Positions 16,918 through 25,498 of a stretch of 64,000 nucleotides of DNA are shown in pieces. The stretch is from an uncultured Bacillales bacterium. Lineage in GTDB: Bacteria; Bacillota_I; Bacilli_A; RFN20; CAG-826. The stretch spans positions 5,772 to 69,771 of the forward strand of contig CABQKC010000007.1 of the NCBI GenBank assembly GCA_902464635.1, in the 5' to 3' direction. The translations under genes and the position numbers were made by a program. The notes below the pieces were generated by a model. The model was not told the origin of the DNA and ran no database searches. It saw only the letters and a list, made by a program, of their open reading frames with translations. Every line of letters starts with the position of its first letter. The first letter of the stretch is position 1.

Positions 16918-18030
16918 CTATTTAACTAAATCGGCGATTATTTTATCCATCTCAGCCTTTTTCTTTTTCATATCCATGAATAAGGCGAGTTGGTCTTTGG
17001 CCCTTACTAAATTATGGTCTTCGTATTCAATCCTAAAATAATTATCCCCATCTAGATAATCGCTTAAGAAACGTAAGCCGCATTCATAAGTCATGATCAT
17101 TGCTCCATATGGGAGGTAACTTATTTCATCTTTAGTTAAAGAGGAACCGCATTTAGAGAGGAATCCTTCTGCAAAAGACTTAAAATATTCTAGATTTAAG
17201 CCAACTTTAGATAAATCTTTTTCATCTTCGCCAGCATAATTGGCCCCGAATCTAATCGCATCGCCGAAATCATTCATCGCATATCCAGGCATGACTGTAT
17301 CTAAGTCGATGACACATATTGCGTGTTTGCCATCCCCATCGAATAAGACATTATTTAATTTAGTGTCATTATGGGTAACTCTTAATGGATATTTGGTTTT
17401 ATCTAATTTAAAGAAAATCTCGGCATATTCTTTATTGTCTAGATATCCTTTTATTGCTTCTTTACAGCTAGAAGCACGATTCATCTTATCCTTATTTAAT
17501 ATAGATAAGAAGGTTTCCATCCTTTTATGGGTATTATGGAAATCAGGAATTGTTTCAAATAAGGTGGAAGAAGGATAATCTGCTAAATCATTTTGGAAAG
17601 AACCAAAGGCAATTCCTGCTTGCTTGAATATTTCTTTATTATCAATCGAGCAATAGCAGACACTAGGATCGATAAATACATAGCCGCGATAGAAATTATG
17701 GCTATCATCGACATAATAAGGTTTTTCGTCCAAAGTATGGATTAATTCTAGGCATTCCCTTTTTGGATCCCCTCCCCTAGAAAGGACTTTCTTGCGGAGG
17801 AATTTGGTGACATTTTCGATGTTGGCCATTAATTCTTTAGCATTTGGGAAGACATCGATATTGATACGTTGAAGGATGTATCTAGTTTCTTTGCCATCAT
17901 TTTCCTTGAATGTTAAAAAATATGTTTCGTTAATATGGCCGATTGTATTTAATTCGTAATGGATTAATTCCCCTTTAAAATCAAATTTCGAAATTGCATC
18001 TAACAATTTTTCTTTGCTTATTTGTTTCAT
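16918..18030 (-). CDS. nahK: N-acetylhexosamine 1-kinase-like phosphotransferase (APH fold)
   Basis: 370 aa. Close motif-by-motif resemblance to the recalled Bifidobacterium NahK: 'GHINETY', 'RVTHNDTKLNNVLFD', 'IDLDTVMPG', 'FGDAIRFGAN..EDEKDLSKV', 'ECGLRFLSDYLDGDNYF' and 'HNLVRAKDQL'. Confidence 0.7.
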   Translation of the reverse strand: MKQISKEKLLDAISKFDFKGELIHYELNTIGHINETYFLTFKENDGKETRYILQRINIDVFPNAKELMANIENVTKFLRKKVLSRGGDPKRECLELIHTLDEKPYYVDDSHNFYRGYVFIDPSVCYCSIDNKEIFKQAGIAFGSFQNDLADYPSSTLFETIPDFHNTHKRMETFLSILNKDKMNRASSCKEAIKGYLDNKEYAEIFFKLDKTKYPLRVTHNDTKLNNVLFDGDGKHAICVIDLDTVMPGYAMNDFGDAIRFGANYAGEDEKDLSKVGLNLEYFKSFAEGFLSKCGSSLTKDEISYLPYGAMIMTYECGLRFLSDYLDGDNYFRIEYEDHNLVRAKDQLALFMDMKKKKAEMDKIIADLVK

Positions 18031-18157
18031 GAAATTACCTTCCTAGGAGTAACAATTGCAATTATGATACAAGAAACGCCTTTTAACAAACAAAAAACGA
18101 ATTTAGAACTAATTTAGTCAATTAATCAATATTTTAGTCAAAAAATAGTTATTGAGT

Positions 18158-18709
18158 CTACTTGGAAATAGTTGCCGTCTTGTTATAGATAGAAACCATG
18201 TCATCCAAGAAAGAGACTGATTCCTTAGATAATATATTAATAGGTATATATAGCATCTTTCCTTTTTCTAATGTCAACGCGTATACCCTTTTTAGCCTAG
18301 CAATGTTATTTAGGTTACCATTGGATTCAAATTCATCTGAATAAATCCTATAGGAATAATAAGGAAAAGAATCGGATTCATTCTTAGTTAGATTAATATT
18401 AATATTCCCTTTTAGATATTTGTTATATTCCTTGAATAATCCAACAAATGGGGATGTTAACATTATTAAAATGCCTAAAAATATCAGAATTAATCCTAGT
18501 ATTGGGATAATAGGACTTTGGGCAAGCGTCGTAGCTTTATCCCTTAGAAATAGATATAAGCCTATTGCCAATAAGACTAGTCCAATTGAAAAAGAAAATA
18601 TAACTGAATTAGACTTGACGCTTAATTTATCTTTTACCTTGCCTTTATAATTCGAGGGAAATGAAATATTAATTTGGTCCATGATTATATTATTTTGAGC
18701 CAAAACCAA
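18158..18709 (-). CDS. Hypothetical membrane protein (two central TM helices)
   Basis: 183-aa ORF beginning at a TTG. The first ATG (18682) gives MDQINIS. No family was recognised and the RBS is weak. Confidence 0.4.
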   Translation of the reverse strand: MVLAQNNIIMDQINISFPSNYKGKVKDKLSVKSNSVIFSFSIGLVLLAIGLYLFLRDKATTLAQSPIIPILGLILIFLGILIMLTSPFVGLFKEYNKYLKGNININLTKNESDSFPYYSYRIYSDEFESNGNLNNIARLKRVYALTLEKGKMLYIPINILSKESVSFLDDMVSIYNKTATISK

Positions 18710-18832
18710 TCGTAAGAAAACTATTTTTTAGCCAAATATAACCAATAGGTAAGATTTTTCATTATTTTTTTCTTCCCTAAAGTCTAGATTAAGATATAAT
18801 ATGACAGCCCACAGCAAATTAGGCATTAAAGC

Positions 18833-18909
18833 GGTCCATTAGCTCAATTGGTTAGAGCGTGCGACTTATAATCGCAAGGTTCGGTGTTCAAGCCACCGAT
18901 GGACCACCA
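18833..18909 (+). tRNA. tRNA-Ile with genomically encoded UAU anticodon (reads AUA), CCA encoded
   Basis: Cloverleaf parse: GGTCCAT TA GCTC AATTGGTTA GAGC G TGCGA CTTATAA TCGCA AGGTT CGGTG TTCAAGC CACCG ATGGACC A CCA. All stems are Watson-Crick. Anticodon positions 34-36 read TAT. Confidence 0.85.
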
Positions 18910-18910
18910 C

Positions 18911-19001
18911 GGAGAAGTACCCAAGCGGCTGAAGGGGTTGGTCTTGAAAACCGATAGTGGGGTCACTCCCAGCTGGGGTTCGAATCCCCACTTCTCCGCC
19001 A
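18911..19001 (+). tRNA. tRNA-Ser (UGA anticodon), class II long variable arm, CCA encoded
   Basis: Acceptor stem GGAGAAG...CTTCTCC with discriminator G and CCA. Anticodon stem-loop TTGGT CTTGAAA ACCGA. Long variable arm TAGTGGGGTCACTCCCAGC. T-arm TGGGG TTCGAAT CCCCA. Confidence 0.9.
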
Positions 19002-19013
19002 GTTTGAACTTCC

Positions 19014-19040
19014 GACACGCATAAAAGCGTGTCTTTTATT
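19014..19040 (+). terminator. Rho-independent terminator of the tRNA pair
   Basis: GACACGC-ATAAAA-GCGTGTC followed by TTTTATT. Confidence 0.75.
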
Positions 19041-19069
19041 TAGTGAAATTTAGTGAAAAAATAGTGAAA
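19041..19069 (+). repeat. Three phased direct repeats of TAGTGAAA (10/11-bp register)
   Basis: TAGTGAAA occurs at 19041, 19051 and 19062, immediately after the tRNA terminator. Confidence 0.6.
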
Positions 19070-19174
19070 ATTATGATCGTCTATTTTAATAAACGGATGA
19101 CATAAAAGTATCCGTGCTTTCTTTATCTATAATCATATTTAAATTACCTAAAAGAAATTTCTGGAGGCAATTAG

Positions 19175-19396
19175 GTGGCTATAACATTAGTTAAAATAAA
19201 TAAAGAAGATGCAAAACTTTTTAAAAGATATTGCACCTCCCATGGAACTTCTTTATCAAAAGCATTCAAACATGCACTTCTAGAAAAAATCGAAGATAAA
19301 TTCGATTCTAAAGAATTTAGCAAACAAATTGAGAGTTTTAATAAGAACCCGAAAACATATTCACTTGATGAATTAAGGAATGCAAATAATTTATAA
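19175..19396 (+). CDS. Ribbon-helix-helix antitoxin-like protein (RelB/DinJ or DUF6290-type), with no cognate toxin gene
   Basis: 73 aa. GTG start 8 nt after GGAGG. The sequence 'ITLVKINKEDAKLFKRYCTSHGTSLSKAFKHALLEKIEDKFD...NPKTYSLDELRNANNL' follows the RHH antitoxin pattern. Only 129 nt, containing two terminators, follow the gene. Confidence 0.55.
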   Translation: MAITLVKINKEDAKLFKRYCTSHGTSLSKAFKHALLEKIEDKFDSKEFSKQIESFNKNPKTYSLDELRNANNL

Positions 19397-19403
19397 ACAG
19401 AAT

Positions 19404-19430
19404 AAAGAACTATATGTTCTTATTTTTTTT
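19404..19430 (+). terminator. Rho-independent terminator of the antitoxin-like gene
   Basis: AAGAAC-TATAT-GTTCTT followed by a run of T. Confidence 0.65.
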
Positions 19431-19482
19431 AAATATACATCTAAATACTATAGAAACTAAATTATATCAATCTTACCGATAT

Positions 19483-19507
19483 AAAAAGGGTAGCAATAAC
19501 GCTACCC
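19483..19507 (-). terminator. Rho-independent terminator ending the hexuronate operon (after kdgK)
   Basis: Minus strand reads GGGTAGC-GTTATT-GCTACCC followed by TTTTT. Confidence 0.7.
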
Positions 19508-19525
19508 AATAAATGTAATCTTGAT

Positions 19526-20548
19526 TTATCTTTGGACTCTGCCACTTCCCCCGCTAGAGATAAGTTTCTTTACCTCATCGACGCTGACCATGTTGTAATC
19601 GCCTTCGATCGAATGCTTCAAACAACTTGCAGCAGTTGCAAATTCTATCGCATCTTTTGAACTATAGTCATTGACTAAGGCATATATTAATCCAGCCGAG
19701 AAGCTATCCCCACCGCCGACTCTATCGACGATATGGACATTATATTCTTTGGAGAAATAATAATCTTCTCCATCAAATAGCATGCTGGCCCACTTATTAT
19801 CAAAGGCACTTATTGATGTCCTTAAGGTAATGGCAACTTTCTTGAATCCAAATGTTTCCTTTAATTGCCTTGCGACATCTTTATAACCTTCCTTATTTAG
19901 TTTGCCGGAATTGACATCTGTTTCAGAACTCTTGATCCCAAATACATCACTTGCATCTTCTTCATTTCCAATGCAGACATCGACATATTTAGCAATCTCT
20001 GACATGGTGATTTTAGCTTGCTCTTTACTCCAAAGCTTATTCCTATAATTAAGGTCGCAAGAAACTATAACACCTCTTTTTTTAGCCTCTTTACATGCCG
20101 TAATCGATATTTTGGCCATGTTTTCATTTAAGGCTGGAGTGATTCCAGAGATATGGAACCATTTGGCATCTTTAAATATCGCGTCCCAATCATAATCGCT
20201 TTCCTTAGAGAAATAGAAGGCAGAATATTTACGGTCATAAATGACTTTCGATGGTCTTTGGGAAGCACCTTTTTCTAGGTAATATATGCCCATTCTATTC
20301 TCGTTATCCCTAACGATATAATCGGTATGGACGCCATATCTTCTTAAGGAATTAAGTCCAGATTGGCCAATTTCATTAGTTGGCAATTTAGAGACAAAAT
20401 AAGCATCAACGCCAAAATTAGAAAGGCTTACTGCTACATTAGCCTCCCCTCCTCCAAATGTTGCTTCATAATCTGAAGATTGGACGAAACGAAGATAATC
20501 AAAAGGCTGAAGCCTTAACATTAATTCACCAAATGTAACTATTTTCAT
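19526..20548 (-). CDS. kdgK: 2-dehydro-3-deoxygluconokinase (PfkB family)
   Basis: 340 aa. PfkB motifs 'FGGGEANVA' and 'DRVGGGDSFSAG' are present. It sits in a uxaC-uxuA-eda context. Confidence 0.85.
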   Translation of the reverse strand: MKIVTFGELMLRLQPFDYLRFVQSSDYEATFGGGEANVAVSLSNFGVDAYFVSKLPTNEIGQSGLNSLRRYGVHTDYIVRDNENRMGIYYLEKGASQRPSKVIYDRKYSAFYFSKESDYDWDAIFKDAKWFHISGITPALNENMAKISITACKEAKKRGVIVSCDLNYRNKLWSKEQAKITMSEIAKYVDVCIGNEEDASDVFGIKSSETDVNSGKLNKEGYKDVARQLKETFGFKKVAITLRTSISAFDNKWASMLFDGEDYYFSKEYNVHIVDRVGGGDSFSAGLIYALVNDYSSKDAIEFATAASCLKHSIEGDYNMVSVDEVKKLISSGGSGRVQR

Positions 20549-20550
20549 TT

Positions 20551-21162
20551 TTATAATCCTCTAACCTTGTTGACGGCTTCTTTGGTTTTGGAAGTCATTT
20601 CTTCTTTGTTGCCTTTCATCATAAAGCTACCACCACAGGCGATAATCTTATTAAAAGATAGATAATCGTTGATATTATCTAGGTTTATCCCTCCAGTAGG
20701 CATGACCTTAATAGAAGGGAAAGCACTGCAGATAGCTTTGATTGTAGCTAATCCCCCATAATTAGAAGCTGGGAAGAATTTAACAACATTGATTCCTAGA
20801 TCTAAGGCTTCCATGATTTCAGTTGGAGTAACTGTTCCTGGAAGATAAGGGATATTGTTTTCTTTGCAAATAAGGGCAACATCCTTACTTAAGCCAGGCG
20901 AAACAATGAATTTTGCCCCTGCTTTTATGGCATCTTTGCATTGAGCTGCATTTATTACAGTTCCTGCACCCAAAATTACTTCTGGGTATTTTTTAGAAAT
21001 TATTTCGATTGCTTCTTTGGCAACTGGAGTCCTAAAGCAAACTTCTGCAATAGGAAGTCCCCCATCAATTAAAGCCTCTATTTTGTCACTTACTTCGTCT
21101 AAGGAATTAAGCACAACGACTGGAACGATTTTTAATTCGCTAATTTTGCTATAGATATCCAT
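20551..21162 (-). CDS. eda: KDPG / 4-hydroxy-2-oxoglutarate aldolase
   Basis: 203 aa with 'IVPVVVL', 'GLPIAEVCFRT', 'GAGTV', 'FIVSPG' and 'VKFFPA', typical of Eda. Confidence 0.85.
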   Translation of the reverse strand: MDIYSKISELKIVPVVVLNSLDEVSDKIEALIDGGLPIAEVCFRTPVAKEAIEIISKKYPEVILGAGTVINAAQCKDAIKAGAKFIVSPGLSKDVALICKENNIPYLPGTVTPTEIMEALDLGINVVKFFPASNYGGLATIKAICSAFPSIKVMPTGGINLDNINDYLSFNKIIACGGSFMMKGNKEEMTSKTKEAVNKVRGL

Positions 21163-21163
21163 T

Positions 21164-22492
21164 TTATTCTCCTAAAGCCTTCTTGATATTATTATAGGAA
21201 ATATCTTCGACTAATTTTAATCCTGCCTCCAAGGAATATTCACCTTTTTCTATTTTTTCTCCAACGAAATTGCACAATATCCTTCTAAAGAAGTCGAAAC
21301 GTGAATAGCTAGAGAAGCTTCTAGAATCGGTTAACATCCCAAAATTAGTACCTAGTATTGCATATTCTGATATTACATCGAGGTTATATTTGATCCCGCC
21401 GACCGTGTCATTAAACCACCAGGCTGGACCAATTAAGACATTCCTAAATGCCCCAGAAATGCAGCTAATTGCCTTTATTGAATTTGGATTAAGGGTATAT
21501 AAGACAATTGTAGGCCTAGATTTGTCTTCTATTGAATCTAGTAATTTGATTAGATTATCGATATCAATTTCCTTACTCATGACATCAAATCCATGGTCAG
21601 GTCCAAGGAGTTTAAATTCAGGGGTATTGATATTTCTAGTAACTGCAAAATGGAGTTGGACAATCAAATCCTTCTTCTTATATTCTTTCAAGAGGAACCT
21701 AAATAGATATCCGGTGAAATATGATTTGCTAGTTTCGTCTAGGTTATCTAGATTTAAGAAAGCCTTGCTAGCTTCTTCTTTAGAATATATTCCTTCTGGG
21801 AAATCCTTAAATCCGTGGTCAGTAATCTTGCATCCTTTTGATTTAAAGTAATCAATTCTAGTGATAAGAGCTTTTTCTAGATCATCTAAAGTAGCAATCT
21901 TAAATCCTACTGCTTCTTCGATTTTAGAAATATAGTCCCTATTTAGGTTTAATAATTTATCTCCCCTAAATGTCGGGGTGACTTTAATGCCATCATAAGT
22001 ACCATGGTCAGCTAGATTATCGACTGGATCATCAGTAGTCGCGATAAACTTAACATTGAATTTCTTTAACAATTTTCTGACAGATAAATCCTTAAGTTTT
22101 TCATTAGCCTGTTCATATATAGTCTCGGCATTATCCTTATTAATTTCTAGATTGATTCCAAATACCTGCTTTAATTCTAGATGTGACCAAAAATAAAGTG
22201 GATTATTGAAACATTTTGGAAGAATCTCGCAATATTTAAGGAACTTCTCCTTATAAGAAGCATCCCCAGTTATATATTTTTCATCAACTCCTGCTAACCG
22301 CATGGCCCTCCATTTATAATGGTCGCCAGCAAGCCACAATTCCCCGATATCGCTAAAAGAGGAATCGTTTTTAATCATTGCCTGGTTAAGATGGCAATGA
22401 TAATCGATGATAGGCAAGTCTTTTACATGTTCATAAAGGGTCTTTGCCGAATTTGATTCTAATAAAATGTCATCCCCGAAAAACGTTTTCAT
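21164..22492 (-). CDS. uxaC: Glucuronate (uronate) isomerase
   Basis: 442 aa. The N-terminal 'LPIIDYHCHL', and 'WLAGDHYKWRAMR', are UxaC hallmarks. Confidence 0.9.
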   Translation of the reverse strand: MKTFFGDDILLESNSAKTLYEHVKDLPIIDYHCHLNQAMIKNDSSFSDIGELWLAGDHYKWRAMRLAGVDEKYITGDASYKEKFLKYCEILPKCFNNPLYFWSHLELKQVFGINLEINKDNAETIYEQANEKLKDLSVRKLLKKFNVKFIATTDDPVDNLADHGTYDGIKVTPTFRGDKLLNLNRDYISKIEEAVGFKIATLDDLEKALITRIDYFKSKGCKITDHGFKDFPEGIYSKEEASKAFLNLDNLDETSKSYFTGYLFRFLLKEYKKKDLIVQLHFAVTRNINTPEFKLLGPDHGFDVMSKEIDIDNLIKLLDSIEDKSRPTIVLYTLNPNSIKAISCISGAFRNVLIGPAWWFNDTVGGIKYNLDVISEYAILGTNFGMLTDSRSFSSYSRFDFFRRILCNFVGEKIEKGEYSLEAGLKLVEDISYNNIKKALGE

Positions 22493-23541
22493 TTTGTTTC
22501 CTTCTTTACCTTGCTAATACCTTCAAATAGGCCGTTTATATAGGCGCATCCTAAAGCACGGTCATATAATCCATATCCAGGTTTGCCGTCTTCACCGAAT
22601 ATATTCCTTCCATGGTCAGGTCTAACATAGCCATCGAATCCATTATCAATAAGGGCTTCGACAATCTTAGCCATATCAAGGCTTCCATCATTGCTAAAAT
22701 GGCCTACTTCGCAGAAAGAATCATGGTCATCGGTCCATTTTACATTCCTTAGATGGGCAAAATGGACTCTTCCTTGCTTACTATATTTAGCAGCCATATG
22801 GACTAAATCATTATTTCTACCAGCCCCGAATGAGCCAGTGCATAAAGTCAAGCCGTTATTCGTGCTTGGTACAGCAGCAAACATCTTATCAAGGTCTTCT
22901 TCATTAGAAATGATCCTAGGGAGTCCGAATACATCCCATGGCGGATCATCTGGATGGATAGCCATCTTGACGTTAAGTTCATCACAAACCGGGATAACCT
23001 TATTTAGGAAATAGACAAGGTTTTCAAATAATTGCTCATGGCTAATTGATTTGTATTCGTTTAATAAACTTTGTAATTCATCATGGCTATAGCTTTCATC
23101 CCATCCTGGAAGATGGAGATTATTTGGATCAATCTTCTTGAAATCTTCATAAGAATAAGACAAAGAAGTCGAGCCATCGCTATTTTTATGATGCATCTCG
23201 GTACGTAGCCAGTCGAATACAGGCATGAAGTTATAACAGATGCATTTGACGCCATATTTAGCAACGCGTCTAATGTTTTCGATATAATTTGCTATATATT
23301 TATCTCTAGTTGGCTTGCCCATTTTGATATCTTCATGGACTGGAATCGATTCGATTACTTCCATTTCTAGGCCACTAGAAGCAGCTAATTCTTTTAATGA
23401 TTTAATCGATTCTTCTTTCCAGACTTCGCCGACTCTAACATCATAAGCAGCCGTAACAACCCCACTTAGATTTGGGATTTGCCTTAAATAAGCTAGAGGG
23501 ATGTTATCTTTAGGACCATACCATCTAAATGTCAATTTCAT
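22489..23541 (-). CDS. uxuA: Mannonate dehydratase
   Basis: 350 aa beginning 'MKLTFRWYGPKD', with 'CYNFMPVFDWLRT' and 'HPDDPPW'. It overlaps uxaC by 4 nt. Confidence 0.9.
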   Translation of the reverse strand: MKLTFRWYGPKDNIPLAYLRQIPNLSGVVTAAYDVRVGEVWKEESIKSLKELAASSGLEMEVIESIPVHEDIKMGKPTRDKYIANYIENIRRVAKYGVKCICYNFMPVFDWLRTEMHHKNSDGSTSLSYSYEDFKKIDPNNLHLPGWDESYSHDELQSLLNEYKSISHEQLFENLVYFLNKVIPVCDELNVKMAIHPDDPPWDVFGLPRIISNEEDLDKMFAAVPSTNNGLTLCTGSFGAGRNNDLVHMAAKYSKQGRVHFAHLRNVKWTDDHDSFCEVGHFSNDGSLDMAKIVEALIDNGFDGYVRPDHGRNIFGEDGKPGYGLYDRALGCAYINGLFEGISKVKKETK

Positions 23542-23554
23542 CTATCTTACTCCC

Positions 23555-25495
23555 TTAATTAATTTTATTGGCTTCATCATAAGCAGTTTTAATTGCATTT
23601 TCTATCGTATTGGGATTACCTTGTAAACAATCGCCAATATAGACAACATTTGCAACTCCTTCTAGCTCGAACTTATTCTTGCTTGAAGTCAAGGCAGTTA
23701 CGATGGTATCACCATATATCTTTTCTTGCTTGATTACATTTCCATTTTCATCAAGGACATCGACATTTACTCCATCTAAATCAAATGATTTTATCTTGCT
23801 TAATAGATGGATTTTAACATCATGTTCCTTAAATGATTTATTAATTGTAGGAAGAATTGTCGAACTTTCTTCTTTGGCAATTTGCTTTTGCATTTCGATT
23901 ATTTCAACTTCATGTCCTCTTTCTGCTAGATATTCAGCAGTTTCGACTCCAACCAAGCCTCCACCGCAGACAATGACTTTGCCAAATGGGATTTCCTTAT
24001 GGGCTAAGATGCCCCAAGAAGAGACAACATTAGGATTATCTATCCCCTCGATTCTTGGTTTGGCGTTACTTGATCCGACTGCTACGAATACATAATCAAA
24101 ATTAGAAGCGTCTTCTTTCTTGAATTCTTTATTTAAGTGGATAGTAACACCTAATTCAGCTAGGCTAGCCTCGAAATAATTAATTATCCTAAGCATTTCT
24201 TCTTTTCTAGGAGGCACGCTAGCGATATTGATTTGGCCACCTACTTTTAGACTCTTTTCAAATACTTCGACTTGATGTCCTTTTAAAGAAAGTACTCTAG
24301 CAGCCTCAAGTCCAGCAACTCCAGCTCCAACTACAGCAATCTTATAGAAATGTTCGGCTTTAGAAATATGCTTAGTGGCCTCATATCCATTCTCGGCATT
24401 AAGTACGCAAGAAAGGAACCTTCTAGAAGTAATCGCATCGGTGCAGCCTTTATTACACATGATGCATTCTCTAATTTGGTTAGTCTTGCCTTGTTCTACT
24501 TTGGATGCAAAATCAGGATCGGCCAATAAGGAACGTCCATATCCAATCATGTCGCAGACCCCACTAGAAAGAAGAGCCTCGCCTGCTTTAGGAGTCAAAA
24601 CCCTGCCAACGATAGAAAGAGGGATAGTAGTTACTTTCCTAATTTCCTTGCATTCATCAATCATGAATGTATAGTCCCTAGTTCCCATGGCTGGGATGGT
24701 ATCGTTCATATTGCCAGTATGGTTAGCCTGGGCAACATGGATCATATCAACACCTTCTTTTTCTAGTAAAGAGGCTAGTTTTGCAGCTTCTTCAATAGGA
24801 AGTCCGCCTTTTCCAAGCAAGGACCCATCTTTTTGTTTGGTAATTATAGGAAGCTTATATTCAATAAGCATATCGCCACTTACTTCTTTAATCGCCTTAA
24901 CAACCATCAAGGCAAACTTAATTCTATTTTCAAAAGATCCACCGAATTCATCATTTCTTTTATTGATGATTGGGGAGCATAAGGAACCGACTAATCTATC
25001 GCCATGAATCTCGACAACATCAATTCCAGCTTCTTTCATCCTCAAGACACACTCCTGGAATTTGACTAGTATTTCTTCTAATTGGGTTCTAGTTACTTCA
25101 TTGACATAATAAAGCATGTCGTGATGGAGTTTGGCCCTGCCTTCTTCTATTTTCCCTTCGGCGAATAATTTAGATAAAGCAACTGCATCATATTCAGGAT
25201 GGAATATTTGAAGGCCAACTTTCGCTCCATATTGATGGATATTGTCAGCTAGTTTTTTAAATCCAGGAATCTGGAAATCAGAAAATAGCTTTGGGGTTGG
25301 AGAAAATGTTGGGATCGGTACCACGTCCCCTAAAACTATATAAGCCGTCCCTCCTTTTGCCAATCTAGTATAGAAAGCAAGTGATTGTTCCCCAACTGAG
25401 CCATCTTTTTCCTCATATCCAGTTGTAAGAGGCGGGAACATGATACGGTTTTTGAAAACTACATTTTTTACAATTAATGGTTTGGCTAATTTCAT
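23555..25495 (-). CDS. Two-domain flavoenzyme of the 2,4-dienoyl-CoA reductase/enoate reductase family: OYE-like FMN domain, [4Fe-4S] site, and FAD/NAD(P) domain
   Basis: 646 aa. The N-terminal OYE TIM-barrel carries 'NRIMFPPLTTGY' and 'DVVEIHGDRLVGSLCSP'. The cluster motif is 'CIMCNKGC'. The C-terminal Rossmann motifs are 'VVGAGVAGLEAA' and 'VCGGGLVGVETAE'. Confidence 0.8.
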   Translation of the reverse strand: MKLAKPLIVKNVVFKNRIMFPPLTTGYEEKDGSVGEQSLAFYTRLAKGGTAYIVLGDVVPIPTFSPTPKLFSDFQIPGFKKLADNIHQYGAKVGLQIFHPEYDAVALSKLFAEGKIEEGRAKLHHDMLYYVNEVTRTQLEEILVKFQECVLRMKEAGIDVVEIHGDRLVGSLCSPIINKRNDEFGGSFENRIKFALMVVKAIKEVSGDMLIEYKLPIITKQKDGSLLGKGGLPIEEAAKLASLLEKEGVDMIHVAQANHTGNMNDTIPAMGTRDYTFMIDECKEIRKVTTIPLSIVGRVLTPKAGEALLSSGVCDMIGYGRSLLADPDFASKVEQGKTNQIRECIMCNKGCTDAITSRRFLSCVLNAENGYEATKHISKAEHFYKIAVVGAGVAGLEAARVLSLKGHQVEVFEKSLKVGGQINIASVPPRKEEMLRIINYFEASLAELGVTIHLNKEFKKEDASNFDYVFVAVGSSNAKPRIEGIDNPNVVSSWGILAHKEIPFGKVIVCGGGLVGVETAEYLAERGHEVEIIEMQKQIAKEESSTILPTINKSFKEHDVKIHLLSKIKSFDLDGVNVDVLDENGNVIKQEKIYGDTIVTALTSSKNKFELEGVANVVYIGDCLQGNPNTIENAIKTAYDEANKIN

Positions 25496-25498
25496 GAA

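Noticed and set aside
18710-19525. Intact integrated mobile element at the tRNA-Ile/tRNA-Ser locus.
   Set aside because: No integrase, excisionase or transposase ORF is present and no duplicated tRNA 3' end was seen. Only an orphan antitoxin-like gene and short repeats remain.
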